A stretch of 59,300 nt of DNA, filler included. It is 7 parts of 7 records of this genome, joined end to end, with 100 filler letters (N's around TTAATTAATTAA, not from the genome) between each part and the next. Parts side by side here need not be neighbours in the genome. Positions count along the whole stretch, not along the records: positions 17,036 to 22,830 come from SRR31147125_21341; positions 22,931 to 28,268 come from SRR31147125_21359; positions 28,369 to 35,409 come from SRR31147125_21367; 4 more parts are not named here. One strand, 5' to 3'. The notes under the pieces are model-generated. The model did no database searches. It saw nothing but the letters and a program-made list of their open reading frames with translations, and was not told where the DNA came from. A program made the translations under genes and the position numbers. This document shows positions 20,234-29,504 of the stretch, in pieces (the first letter of the stretch is position 1; every line of letters begins with the position of its first letter).

Positions 20234-21038
20234 ATTATTCACTCTGGTAACCGGTGCCAGTACCGGGCTGGGAAAAGAACTGGCACGCGAATGTGCTCAA
20301 CAGGGAAGAAATCTTGTTTTAACGGCCCTCCCGGGAGAGAAAGTTGAGCTGCTTGGTAACGAAATATCGAATGAATTTAATGTTGATGTAGTCTGTTTTG
20401 AGACTGATTTTACAGAAAACGGTTCAGTAGAAAAATTGGTCTCAGAAATTTCGGGGAAGTACGATATTGACATGCTGGTTAATAATGCGGGCATGGGAGG
20501 CACGATTTCCTTTTTGGATGCTTCGCCCGATTATATCGACCAAATAGTGTTGCTAAATATGAGGGCCCTGGTTTTATTAACCCGTTTACTACTGCCGAAT
20601 TTGAAGCGGCAAAGGAAAAGTTACATCCTTAATATTGCAAGTATGGCATCGTTTGGGCCAATGCCATTTAAAACCGTTTATCCGGCATCGAAGGCCTTTG
20701 TATATTCTTTTTCACGTGGTTTAGGTGCAGAGTTAAAAGGAACAGGAGTTTCGGTTAGCGTAGCACATCCGGGAGGAATGAAGACGAACGCCGAAGTAAC
20801 CCGCAGAATTGAACAACATGGAAAGTTAATTCAGGCTACAACTGTATCAACTGAAAAGGTGGCAAAAATTTGTATCAGGCAAACACTCAGAAAAGACGAG
20901 CTTATTATTCCGGGATTTATGAATAAAATAAGCTGGGTGGTGCTAAAGACTATTCCTGTTTGGTTGCGATTGATTATTATGCGAAATTCGCTACAAAACG
21001 AACTAAAAGAAACGGGTAAAATAATTCAGGCTGCATAA
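20223..21038 (+). CDS. SDR family NAD(P)-dependent oxidoreductase
   Basis: LVTGASTGLG, LVNNAG, NIASMAS, catalytic YPASK. Confidence 0.92.
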   Translation: MQTKLFTLVTGASTGLGKELARECAQQGRNLVLTALPGEKVELLGNEISNEFNVDVVCFETDFTENGSVEKLVSEISGKYDIDMLVNNAGMGGTISFLDASPDYIDQIVLLNMRALVLLTRLLLPNLKRQRKSYILNIASMASFGPMPFKTVYPASKAFVYSFSRGLGAELKGTGVSVSVAHPGGMKTNAEVTRRIEQHGKLIQATTVSTEKVAKICIRQTLRKDELIIPGFMNKISWVVLKTIPVWLRLIIMRNSLQNELKETGKIIQAA

Positions 21039-22024
21039 TGAAAGTTTTAGTAACAGGTGCAAATGGTTTGTTGGGTTCGCATGTGGTGCGTGAGCTGCTG
21101 AAAAATAATTATGAAGTACGAGTATTGGTACGCAAAGGCAGCGATTTACGGGCTTTGGAAGGTTTGGATGTAGAGTTGTTTAATGGACAAATTACCCGGC
21201 AAAAAGATGTTGTTTGTGCGGTAAAGGATTGCGATTTCGTTATTCATGCAGCGGCGCGAACGGCACAATCTTCTTCGGCATTGGAAACTTTTGAAAGGCC
21301 TAATATAGAAAGCACAAAATATATTATTGAGGCTTGCAAGATGCACAATGTTAAACGTTTGCTTTTTGTTAGCACTGCCAACTGTTTTGGCAACGGAACA
21401 AAAGAAAATCCGGGAGATGAAACAAAAACATTTTTGCCATGGCTTAAAAATTCGGGATATGCGTATAGTAAATACCTGGCCCAGCAATTGGTTTTAAACG
21501 AGGTAAAAAATAATCGGCTTGATGCTGTTGTTGTTAATCCAACTTTTATTATTGGAGAAAACGATTTCAAACCTAGCAGCGGACAGATTTTTAGTCATGT
21601 TTTGAATAAGCGTGTTGTTTTTTATCCGCCGGGAGGAAAAAATTTTGTAGATGCCGAAATGGCGGCATTAGGTGTGGTTAAGGCATTAAAAAAGGGGACT
21701 GCAGGAGAATGCTACCTGTTGGCAGGAGAAAATCATTCGTATCAGGAATTTTTTAAAATGGTTAAAAATATTACCGGGCAGAAAACCATTTTTATACCGC
21801 TTCCTAAATGTTTGTTATTGGTTTCAGGCTTGTGTGGAAGTTTAATCGAAAGTATTTTTAGAGTGCCGGTGCAGTTAACCTATACAAATGCCCGTATGCT
21901 TTGTTTAGGTAATTATTTTTCTGCAGAAAAAGCGGGGAGAGAACTTGGTTTGACAATAGTACCAACCATAATTTCAACTGAAAAAGCTATCTTGTGGTTT
22001 AAGGCACATAAATATTTTAAATAA
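21038..22024 (+). CDS. NAD-dependent epimerase/dehydratase (extended SDR; HpnA/DFR/3beta-HSD-like)
   Basis: VTGANGLLG, VIHAAA, YAYSK, VVNPTFIIG..D.KPSSG, GECYLL. Confidence 0.88.
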   Translation: MKVLVTGANGLLGSHVVRELLKNNYEVRVLVRKGSDLRALEGLDVELFNGQITRQKDVVCAVKDCDFVIHAAARTAQSSSALETFERPNIESTKYIIEACKMHNVKRLLFVSTANCFGNGTKENPGDETKTFLPWLKNSGYAYSKYLAQQLVLNEVKNNRLDAVVVNPTFIIGENDFKPSSGQIFSHVLNKRVVFYPPGGKNFVDAEMAALGVVKALKKGTAGECYLLAGENHSYQEFFKMVKNITGQKTIFIPLPKCLLLVSGLCGSLIESIFRVPVQLTYTNARMLCLGNYFSAEKAGRELGLTIVPTIISTEKAILWFKAHKYFK

Positions 22025-22030
22025 CTGAAA

Positions 22031-22807
22031 GTGATAAAAATAAGCAAGTTTTGGTTGCGCTTTATGGTCGTGTTTTTAATTCACATTACAATTAAAAGTT
22101 TCGATTTGTCGTTTCCCGGAGGGCCGTTTGAAATAAATTGGCGTAGCTTGTGGTTTTCTACTTGGTTTATTTGTCACGGTGTGTTGTTGTGGTACATTGC
22201 CGCCTTCGTTGATACAATGCTGAGAAAACGAATTGGTAACCCGGAAGGTAATTGGAGAAAGATAGCGAAGATTGTTCTGGGGCACACTGCATTGGGGTAC
22301 GTGTTGGTTTTGTCTGTTAATGCATGCTACCGGCTTTTCGACACTTATGTTTTTAATAAGGCTTTTTTGTGGGAAGATATTTCATGGTTTAATCCTATAC
22401 TTACAATATCCTTATTAAGTCTTTATCTTTTAATCTTCGGATTTAATAGTTATGCGCAAATGCATTCAAACTTGCAGGAACAGCGGTTGAAAGAAGAACA
22501 ACTAAAAAAGGAAAACATTACTGCCCAGTACAAAGCTTTAAAAGCCCAAATTGAACCGCATTTTTTATTTAACAGCCTCAGTGTTTTATCGTCGCTGGTA
22601 TACGAAGACCCCGACCATTCTGCTGATTTTATTGTAAAGCTTTCGAAAACACTTCGTTATATAATACAAAAGAATCAGTTTAATCTGGTTAAGCTTTCGG
22701 AAGAATTAAAATTTTTAGATGCTTATTTCTTTCTGGTTAAAACCCGGTTGGAAAATGGCGTTTTTCTGGAAAACAAACTGGAGAAATCATTCATAAACAC
22801 GAGTTGA
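22031..22807 (+). CDS. LytS/YehU-type sensor histidine kinase, truncated before the ATPase domain
   Basis: Four hydrophobic helices, then ALKAQIEPHFLFNSL..LSKTLRY..LSEELKFLDAY; stops 23 nt before the contig end without a HATPase domain. Confidence 0.85.
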   Translation: MIKISKFWLRFMVVFLIHITIKSFDLSFPGGPFEINWRSLWFSTWFICHGVLLWYIAAFVDTMLRKRIGNPEGNWRKIAKIVLGHTALGYVLVLSVNACYRLFDTYVFNKAFLWEDISWFNPILTISLLSLYLLIFGFNSYAQMHSNLQEQRLKEEQLKKENITAQYKALKAQIEPHFLFNSLSVLSSLVYEDPDHSADFIVKLSKTLRYIIQKNQFNLVKLSEELKFLDAYFFLVKTRLENGVFLENKLEKSFINTS

Positions 22808-22830
22808 ACGAAAGCGCCCGAGGCGCTAAC

Positions 22831-22930
22831 NNNNNNNNNNNNNNNNNNNNNNNNNNNNNNNNNNNNNNNNNNNNTTAATTAATTAANNNNNNNNNNNNNN
22901 NNNNNNNNNNNNNNNNNNNNNNNNNNNNNN
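22831..22930. other. artificial contig spacer
   Basis: N44-TTAATTAATTAA-N44. Confidence 0.98.
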
Positions 22931-22931
22931 G

Positions 22932-24572
22932 AATTCGAAAAACCTGGAAATGACTCTCATTCCAAATCAGGTAGCAGAAAATATGGTTTGCACTTTTAAA
23001 GAGGGCGATATAAAAGTAAAACAAGTTGATGCCTTTACCATTGGCAGCGAAGTGGCGCATGCACGTGTTTCTTCTTCAATTAAAGAGACCGGCGACCTAG
23101 GTTTTGAGATAAATATTGCTCCGGGAAAGTCGGAGACCTACTATTTTGCAGTAAAATTTTACAAGCCTGAAAATGGTGCTCCTGAAATCGTTCAAACAAA
23201 TATTAAGGAACGAATGGAAGCTGCCGACAAAAAGACCCGCGAAATGTTGAAATGGGCATACAAACAGCTTCCACAATTTAGCAGTAGCAACAAACAATTG
23301 GAGCAATATTATTACCGTTGTTTATTGTCAACATTGATGTGCCGCTTCGAAAATCCAAATTATATTTCTGATGTTTTTTGGGCAGTAGGTACCTGGCCGT
23401 TTACCATAAGTTGGGATAATTCGTATTCTTCTGATTTGATTGCTATGCTCGACGCAGAGAGTTTGAAAGGAGCTATTCTTACCGATTTTGAACATGTAAA
23501 AATGAAGCGCACTTACGTTGGCTGGAATGGAGCATACTGGGATAATCTCTACATTCAGGAGCCTTTTGCTTTGCAGGTAATGATTGAAGCCTACTTGCGT
23601 CATACCGGCGATTATTCGTTGTTCGAAGCAAAAGCCTCTGGTAAATCGGTTTGGGAATGGATGCAGGGCTGGATTGACGAGCTTCAAAACAATTACACCA
23701 ACAATTTGGGATTAATTGATGTGGGCTACAATACCGAAAAAATTATTGAAATACGTACCGACGGATATAATCATGCAGTTCCGATTACAAATACGCTGAG
23801 CATAGATTTACTTTATACCATGGCCGAGTGGGCTGAAAAATTTGGCGACAAAAAACTACAGGAAAAGTATTCTGAGGATGCACTGAAACTGGAAGCTTTG
23901 GTAGAAAAACATCTTTGGAATAAAGAGCTTGGCTGGTTCGATAATTTATATCCCGATGGCACAAAAGCAACCATCTGGACCTACCATCTTTTCGATATGT
24001 TGGGAGCCGATTATCTGCCGGATAATCAAACCTATCGTTTGGTGAGCCACTTACAAGAGGGTGAGTTCCTGGGCAAATTTGGAGTTTATTCTATTGCCCG
24101 TCGCGATTCTGTGCATTGGGATTTAATAGATTCCGACTGGGGTGGTGGCGGACAATATGCCGGAATGCCGGGACGAATCTCGCGTAACCTTTATCAAAAA
24201 GGATTTGCGGGCAAAGGCTGGGACGTGTTGAAAAGAAATATGAGGTATGTCGACTATTTCCCGTATTTGCCACAAAATCCGCGTATTGATGCTCCTGAAC
24301 AAGACCGCTCGTCGATGCCGGTACAAATTGCAGCCGGTGCCGGTTTGGAAGCCATTGTTTTCGGAACCTTTGGTGTGAAAATAGAAGACGATAAATTGAC
24401 GATAAAACCATACAACCACGAGGATATTGGCGAGGCAACATTAAAAGATATTCCGTATAAAGGAAGAAAGTTTGGCGTTCAATTATCAAGAAAAACATTT
24501 TCGGTATACGAAGGCGATAAATTGATTGCCACTAAGTTTTATGGAGAGTCGGTGGTTTTGACTACTTTATAA
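22932..24572 (+). CDS. (alpha/alpha)6-barrel glycoside hydrolase-like protein (MGH1/GH63-like), 5'-truncated
   Basis: ISWDNSY, AYLRHTGDYSLF, VEKHLWNKELGWF, EFLGKFGVYSIA, DWGGG; the frame is open from the contig edge. Confidence 0.65.
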   Translation, partial: NSKNLEMTLIPNQVAENMVCTFKEGDIKVKQVDAFTIGSEVAHARVSSSIKETGDLGFEINIAPGKSETYYFAVKFYKPENGAPEIVQTNIKERMEAADKKTREMLKWAYKQLPQFSSSNKQLEQYYYRCLLSTLMCRFENPNYISDVFWAVGTWPFTISWDNSYSSDLIAMLDAESLKGAILTDFEHVKMKRTYVGWNGAYWDNLYIQEPFALQVMIEAYLRHTGDYSLFEAKASGKSVWEWMQGWIDELQNNYTNNLGLIDVGYNTEKIIEIRTDGYNHAVPITNTLSIDLLYTMAEWAEKFGDKKLQEKYSEDALKLEALVEKHLWNKELGWFDNLYPDGTKATIWTYHLFDMLGADYLPDNQTYRLVSHLQEGEFLGKFGVYSIARRDSVHWDLIDSDWGGGGQYAGMPGRISRNLYQKGFAGKGWDVLKRNMRYVDYFPYLPQNPRIDAPEQDRSSMPVQIAAGAGLEAIVFGTFGVKIEDDKLTIKPYNHEDIGEATLKDIPYKGRKFGVQLSRKTFSVYEGDKLIATKFYGESVVLTTL

Positions 24573-24853
24573 AACCGCATTTATTATACGAAATGCCAAA
24601 AAGCTTTAAAGATTTTTTGTCTTTAAAGCTTATTTTTTTTGATGCACCTATGTTGTCCCATTCAAATAAAAAAGGAGCTAAACTTTCATTCACTATCTCT
24701 GAAAACCGCGAGTTTAATCTCGCCATTTTTTACCTCAGAATCGTTTATCGAGGATTGGTATTCAGTAACTTTGAACAGTATTTCATTTCGTTCCTTTTTG
24801 TCCTGTTTTTATAATTTTTTTTCTGTAGGTGCATAAGGAACAAAACTTCATGA

Positions 24854-25804
24854 TTAATCGTACCAGGGATATCCATTATCGACAATTGCAGTAAGAGGAA
24901 TACGATATTCCAGGATTATCTCGTGAGAGCCATTTCCTTTAAAAGTATTGTTGAACCCAAAATCGTAAGTATAACCAATTCGCATGTTACGGGTAATATT
25001 TATACCGGTTATTGCTGTAAATTGTGCATTCGACCGAACTGTTAAACCTAAATCAAATAACTCCAAAGGTCCTTTTTGTAGTCCCGTTGGTCGTTTAATC
25101 CTTGCTATTGCAGTTCCCTCAATCAATGTCAGGTTTCTCCTGTTCATTACCTGAACACCGGCGGTAAAATTAAGCAGCTCCGAATCATCGTTGCGATATA
25201 AAGCGTAAGCATAGTTGTGATTGGTTATAAGAAACTGGTCATCGGATTTCCAAACAGAAAACAAATGGGTTGCTGAAAGACCAAATATGTAATGTTCGCC
25301 TTGTAACTCTGCGCCAAAATTCGCATCAGGCGAAATATATTTCTCGTCGGAATAATCGAGAGCAGGATCGTTAATTATATCAGCTTCGTAGGCGGAGGCA
25401 TTAACTTTTCGCGAATATACACCGGCTGAAAGTCCCAATGACAGGTTTGTTTTTTCGTTTATTCCTACCCGATATGCATACTGAAATGAAGGATTTAAAG
25501 CTGTTGTTAAACCAATATCGTCGCGTATTAATGATAAACCAAAAGCCGAATTGTATTTATCTGAAAATCCCGAAGCCTGGATATTATAAACAGTCGGTGC
25601 CCCATCAATCCCAACCCACTGTTTCCTAACATTCGAAAAGAAATAAATATAATTTGGACGGGCAATGGACGCAGGATTGTAATTCGCCCGATTGTACCAA
25701 TGGCTGTTTGTTCCGATATCGGTTTGTGCAAAAGCTGCAGTAAGCTGAAAAAATATGAAAATTCCGGCGGCTAAAAATTTGATATTTATTTTTACCGCTT
25801 TCAT
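24854..25804 (-). CDS. PorP/SprF family type IX secretion membrane protein
   Basis: YNPASIA, RKQWVGIDGAP, FQYAYRV, RIGYTYDF, GSHEIILEY. Confidence 0.92.
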   Translation of the reverse strand: MKAVKINIKFLAAGIFIFFQLTAAFAQTDIGTNSHWYNRANYNPASIARPNYIYFFSNVRKQWVGIDGAPTVYNIQASGFSDKYNSAFGLSLIRDDIGLTTALNPSFQYAYRVGINEKTNLSLGLSAGVYSRKVNASAYEADIINDPALDYSDEKYISPDANFGAELQGEHYIFGLSATHLFSVWKSDDQFLITNHNYAYALYRNDDSELLNFTAGVQVMNRRNLTLIEGTAIARIKRPTGLQKGPLELFDLGLTVRSNAQFTAITGINITRNMRIGYTYDFGFNNTFKGNGSHEIILEYRIPLTAIVDNGYPWYD

Positions 25805-27972
25805 CGTACCACAGTTATAAATCCTTTTTTAAACATTTTTTCTGCTTTGGTATTTGTATAATTTAACTGGAAGAAATAGGTGTCAGGGTCAACAAGCTTT
25901 CCCTTGTAATAACCGTCCCAACCGGTATCTCCGTTAAAAAGGGTTATGCCATGACGGTCGAATATTTTCAGGTTTAAACCTTCCATAAACAGGTCGTTTA
26001 CACCATCGTTATTTGGCGTAAAAACATTGGGGACAAAAGGTTCTACAAAAACAGTGGTTGATTTTATTGTATAACAGCCGACTTCGTTTGTTACGGTAAC
26101 TGTTACCGGAAAAGAAATCAGTTCGGAACCTACAGAATAATAGTGCGAAAACTGTTGACTGTTTATTGTAGTTCTATCACCCAAATCCCAGTTGTACAGT
26201 ACATCGTTGCCCGATTGGGCTGAGCAATCTACCGTATTGTTGCGTCGGTTTATTGTGTTCGGTTCAATCGAAAAATCAAAATGTGGATTTTGTACTTCCT
26301 GAACTTCAATCTCCAATTCCTTTTCACATCCTCTGGTATTTATTCCTTTCACCTTATATTTTCCCTCGTTAAATAGCGTAATAAAATTGGTTGAATCTCC
26401 GGTGTCCCAATAATACTTAATTGCACCTTCAGCATAAACTGTGTTGGTATCTCCCTCACAGAGCACACTATCACCAAACAATTCAAATAGCCAGTCGGGA
26501 TCTTCAGAAATAGAAAAATGTAAGGTATCCGAGACACAACCTTCTTCCGGTGTTGAATAGCCCACAAACCAATAATTTCCTCCGGGAGCACCAAGTGAAA
26601 TAATTTCAGATGTATCGCCGATACTCCATTCGTAACTATAGGCACCATAAGCGGCAAGTTCAGTCTCTAATTCCGGGCAATAGGTTGTATCTCCCGAAAA
26701 ACCTACCAAAGGAGGTGAAAACGATTCTACTTCTTTAATTAATGTATCGGTACATGCCGATGGAGGATTATAAATAATCAATCCAACCTGATGAATTCCT
26801 GATGTTTGAAATGTATATACCGGATTCTTTTCTTCTGAAATATTCCCGTCACCAAAATCCCACTGATATACCAGAGAACCTTTTGTATGTGTTGAAAGAT
26901 TTGAAAACTCTACAATATTTGAAAAGCAATCAACCATTTCTGATGAAAAATCAGCATCCTGTTCATACCGCTGAACAACTGTTGAGAGTGAAACAGAACA
27001 ACCGGTTTCCGATTCCATAATACAATGATAGGTGTCCCCCTCTTTTGGCGATTCTAACACCAAATTTTGGTCAGTGCCCACAATTGTTGTAGTGTCTTCT
27101 TTAAACCACCGATAACTTTCAAATCCTTCCGGTCCTTCGAGTGTTGCGTACGAATCACCAGAACAATAGTCCACCAAAATATACAATGGCATACAATCCA
27201 CAACAAAGTAGGCATAGCCAAAGTGATAATGCCCTGTGCAATCAGCAGATAAAAATTCAATGGTAATTTTTTCTCCCATGTACTCCGAAAGGTCTGCTCC
27301 TACCGAAGTCCAGTCCCTCCATTTTATAGGACTACCATTTGTTCCGGAATTGTAAGTTTTAAATTTGTCTTCCATATTTCCGGAGGCAAATACATCGTAA
27401 TTTGAACAATCATCAATTTCATTGTTGTTCTCATCGTATAGCGTTAATTTAAAACGTGGTTCGTATTCAGTTACATTATCATGTTTGCTTGAATATTCCA
27501 AAACACAGGCGAATTTCATGAGCAGAAATGCGTTCGAAGAATCAACGGTCATCGTATATTTCAAACTTTGCTCCCAACAGCGCGGATTGGAATCGGAGTT
27601 ACCAATTTCGCATCCAAGACGAGCAGAATAATTGTACCCCTCCGGAATCATTTTTAAAGCATTACCTGTATTGGGATCATAAGCCGACTGATCGGAAATA
27701 ATCACATGTCGGCGCGAAGTAGGAAGTGACACTTCGGCAGGATCGGTGTTCCAGCTGCTACCTAAATCGCTGGCGGTACTATATCTCCATTGATATCCTA
27801 TCCAACCGTCAAAAGTTCCTGTTTCGAATCCAAGGTTCTTTGTGCCATGCGGTTGTGCCTTAAGTAAACAAACCGTAGCAAGAATAAAAAGAAACGTAAA
27901 AAAAATACGGATTATATATTGATTTTGTGCTTGCTGTGTATTTTCGACAAGCTGCTTTGGTTTATATTTCAT
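25801..27972 (-). CDS. T9SS type-B CTD (gliding motility-associated) surface protein with PKD domains
   Basis: PKD motifs YQWDFGDG and YNWDLGD; C-terminal VPNVFTPNNDGVNDLF..IFDRHG..GWDGYYKG..DTYFF; overlaps the PorP/SprF gene. Confidence 0.9.
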   Translation of the reverse strand: MKYKPKQLVENTQQAQNQYIIRIFFTFLFILATVCLLKAQPHGTKNLGFETGTFDGWIGYQWRYSTASDLGSSWNTDPAEVSLPTSRRHVIISDQSAYDPNTGNALKMIPEGYNYSARLGCEIGNSDSNPRCWEQSLKYTMTVDSSNAFLLMKFACVLEYSSKHDNVTEYEPRFKLTLYDENNNEIDDCSNYDVFASGNMEDKFKTYNSGTNGSPIKWRDWTSVGADLSEYMGEKITIEFLSADCTGHYHFGYAYFVVDCMPLYILVDYCSGDSYATLEGPEGFESYRWFKEDTTTIVGTDQNLVLESPKEGDTYHCIMESETGCSVSLSTVVQRYEQDADFSSEMVDCFSNIVEFSNLSTHTKGSLVYQWDFGDGNISEEKNPVYTFQTSGIHQVGLIIYNPPSACTDTLIKEVESFSPPLVGFSGDTTYCPELETELAAYGAYSYEWSIGDTSEIISLGAPGGNYWFVGYSTPEEGCVSDTLHFSISEDPDWLFELFGDSVLCEGDTNTVYAEGAIKYYWDTGDSTNFITLFNEGKYKVKGINTRGCEKELEIEVQEVQNPHFDFSIEPNTINRRNNTVDCSAQSGNDVLYNWDLGDRTTINSQQFSHYYSVGSELISFPVTVTVTNEVGCYTIKSTTVFVEPFVPNVFTPNNDGVNDLFMEGLNLKIFDRHGITLFNGDTGWDGYYKGKLVDPDTYFFQLNYTNTKAEKMFKKGFITVVR

Positions 27973-28111
27973 CCATTTATAATAGTCTGTTTTTATGGAA
28001 ACGGATGGAACTCCCTTTATAATCGTTTTTATTTGTGTGAAGGCTTATTCTCAAGGTCATTTCACCAGTTTTATTTTTTGTAATTTGTTTTGACTTAAGT
28101 ATACGCTAAAG

Positions 28112-28245
28112 GTTTAATCTCTTATTTTAATGAACTTCCTCGCCGCAAGTGGACAGAGTATTCAAAATGTATACTATTTTCCAATTCGCCCCAAGCAGCG
28201 GGGAATAAAACCCATGAGATCCCGATTGCTTCGCATCTGGATCAG
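28112..28245. repeat. putative REP/MITE-like palindromic element at the contig end
   Basis: TTTAATC..ATGAACTTCCTCGCCGCAAG...CGCCCCAAGCAGCGGGGAATAAAACCC followed by ATCCCGATTGC..GGAT; non-coding GC-rich palindromes in AT-rich DNA. Only one copy is visible here. Confidence 0.4.
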
Positions 28246-28268
28246 TTCGACTATACAATTTCAGTTCA

Positions 28269-28368
28269 NNNNNNNNNNNNNNNNNNNNNNNNNNNNNNNN
28301 NNNNNNNNNNNNTTAATTAATTAANNNNNNNNNNNNNNNNNNNNNNNNNNNNNNNNNNNNNNNNNNNN
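28269..28368. other. artificial contig spacer
   Basis: N44-TTAATTAATTAA-N44. Confidence 0.98.
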
Positions 28369-29454
28369 GATATGGAGGGTGGTTATGGTGATTTGGACAT
28401 CTGGAAATCTACCCGCCCTGATAAATCTTCAAGTTTTGAGCCACCTGTAAATCTCGGAGAACCGATAAATACATCCGGGAAAGAAGTTTACCCTTATTTT
28501 CATCCTGATGGAACATTGTATTTTGCATCAAACGGCCACCTGGGAATGGGTGGATTAGACATTTTTAAAGTAACTGAAGGTGATGAGGGAGAAATTGTAA
28601 TTGAAAACATGAAACACCCTATTAATTCATTTGCCGATGACTTTGGGATTGTTTTTGAGCAAGACATAGAACGCGGTTACTTTACTTCAAGCCGAAATTC
28701 ACGGGGCGATGATGATATTTTTATGTTCATGCTTCCTCCGCTACGATTTAGTGTTACTGGAACTGTTAAAGATGAAAAAGATGAAGAACCACTAAGCGGT
28801 GCAATTGTAAAATCGATTAGTAGTGATGGATTAACGCTTGAAACTACAACTGCCGATAATGGTCAATTTAAATTTTTATTGAAACCAGGAACTGATTATC
28901 TGTTTATTGCATCAAAAGATGGTTTCCTGAATGGTAAAGAAAGAGAAACAACAAAAGGTATAAGTGAAAGTACAGATTTCAGGACTACTATCTTACTTTC
29001 CTCTATCGAAGCACCCATTGAACTTCCGAATATTATTTACGATTTCAGGAAATGGGATTTACGACCAGAATCAATGGTAATGCTGGATAGATTGGTTGAA
29101 ACCCTTAACGACAACCCAAATATTACCATTGAGCTTATGTCTCATACAGATGCCCGCGGTAGTGATGACTTTAACCTTGAATTATCTCAAAAGCGTGCGC
29201 AATCAGCTGTTGAGTATCTTATTCAAAATGGAATTGCAGCCGATAGGTTAACAGCAAAAGGTTATGGAGAGACCCAACCCCGAACTGTTGATGAAAAAGC
29301 AGCAGAACAAAACAAAATCTTCAAAGTTGAAGATGTCTTAACCGAAGAGTACATCAACCAGTTAAGCAGCGAAATGGAACAAGAGATTGCACATCAGCTT
29401 AACAGACGTACTGAGTTTAGGGTATTACGTACTGATTATATTCCTGCGGAATAA
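28369..29454 (+). CDS. OmpA family protein with PD40 and carboxypeptidase-regulatory-like domains (PorE-like), 5'-truncated
   Basis: PD40 (NLGEPINT, LYFASNGHLGMGGLDIF); OmpA domain (IIYDFRKWDLR, SHTDARGSDDFNLELSQKRA, NRRTEF). Confidence 0.9.
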   Translation, partial: DMEGGYGDLDIWKSTRPDKSSSFEPPVNLGEPINTSGKEVYPYFHPDGTLYFASNGHLGMGGLDIFKVTEGDEGEIVIENMKHPINSFADDFGIVFEQDIERGYFTSSRNSRGDDDIFMFMLPPLRFSVTGTVKDEKDEEPLSGAIVKSISSDGLTLETTTADNGQFKFLLKPGTDYLFIASKDGFLNGKERETTKGISESTDFRTTILLSSIEAPIELPNIIYDFRKWDLRPESMVMLDRLVETLNDNPNITIELMSHTDARGSDDFNLELSQKRAQSAVEYLIQNGIAADRLTAKGYGETQPRTVDEKAAEQNKIFKVEDVLTEEYINQLSSEMEQEIAHQLNRRTEFRVLRTDYIPAE

Positions 29455-29504
29455 TAATCCAGATTAAAAATAAAATGAAAGTATTTTGTTGGGTGTAAAA
29501 TATG

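Noticed and set aside
24593..24836. Two short ORFs between the glycosidase and PorP genes
   Set aside because: Phe/Leu-rich translations of AT-rich intergenic DNA with no motifs.
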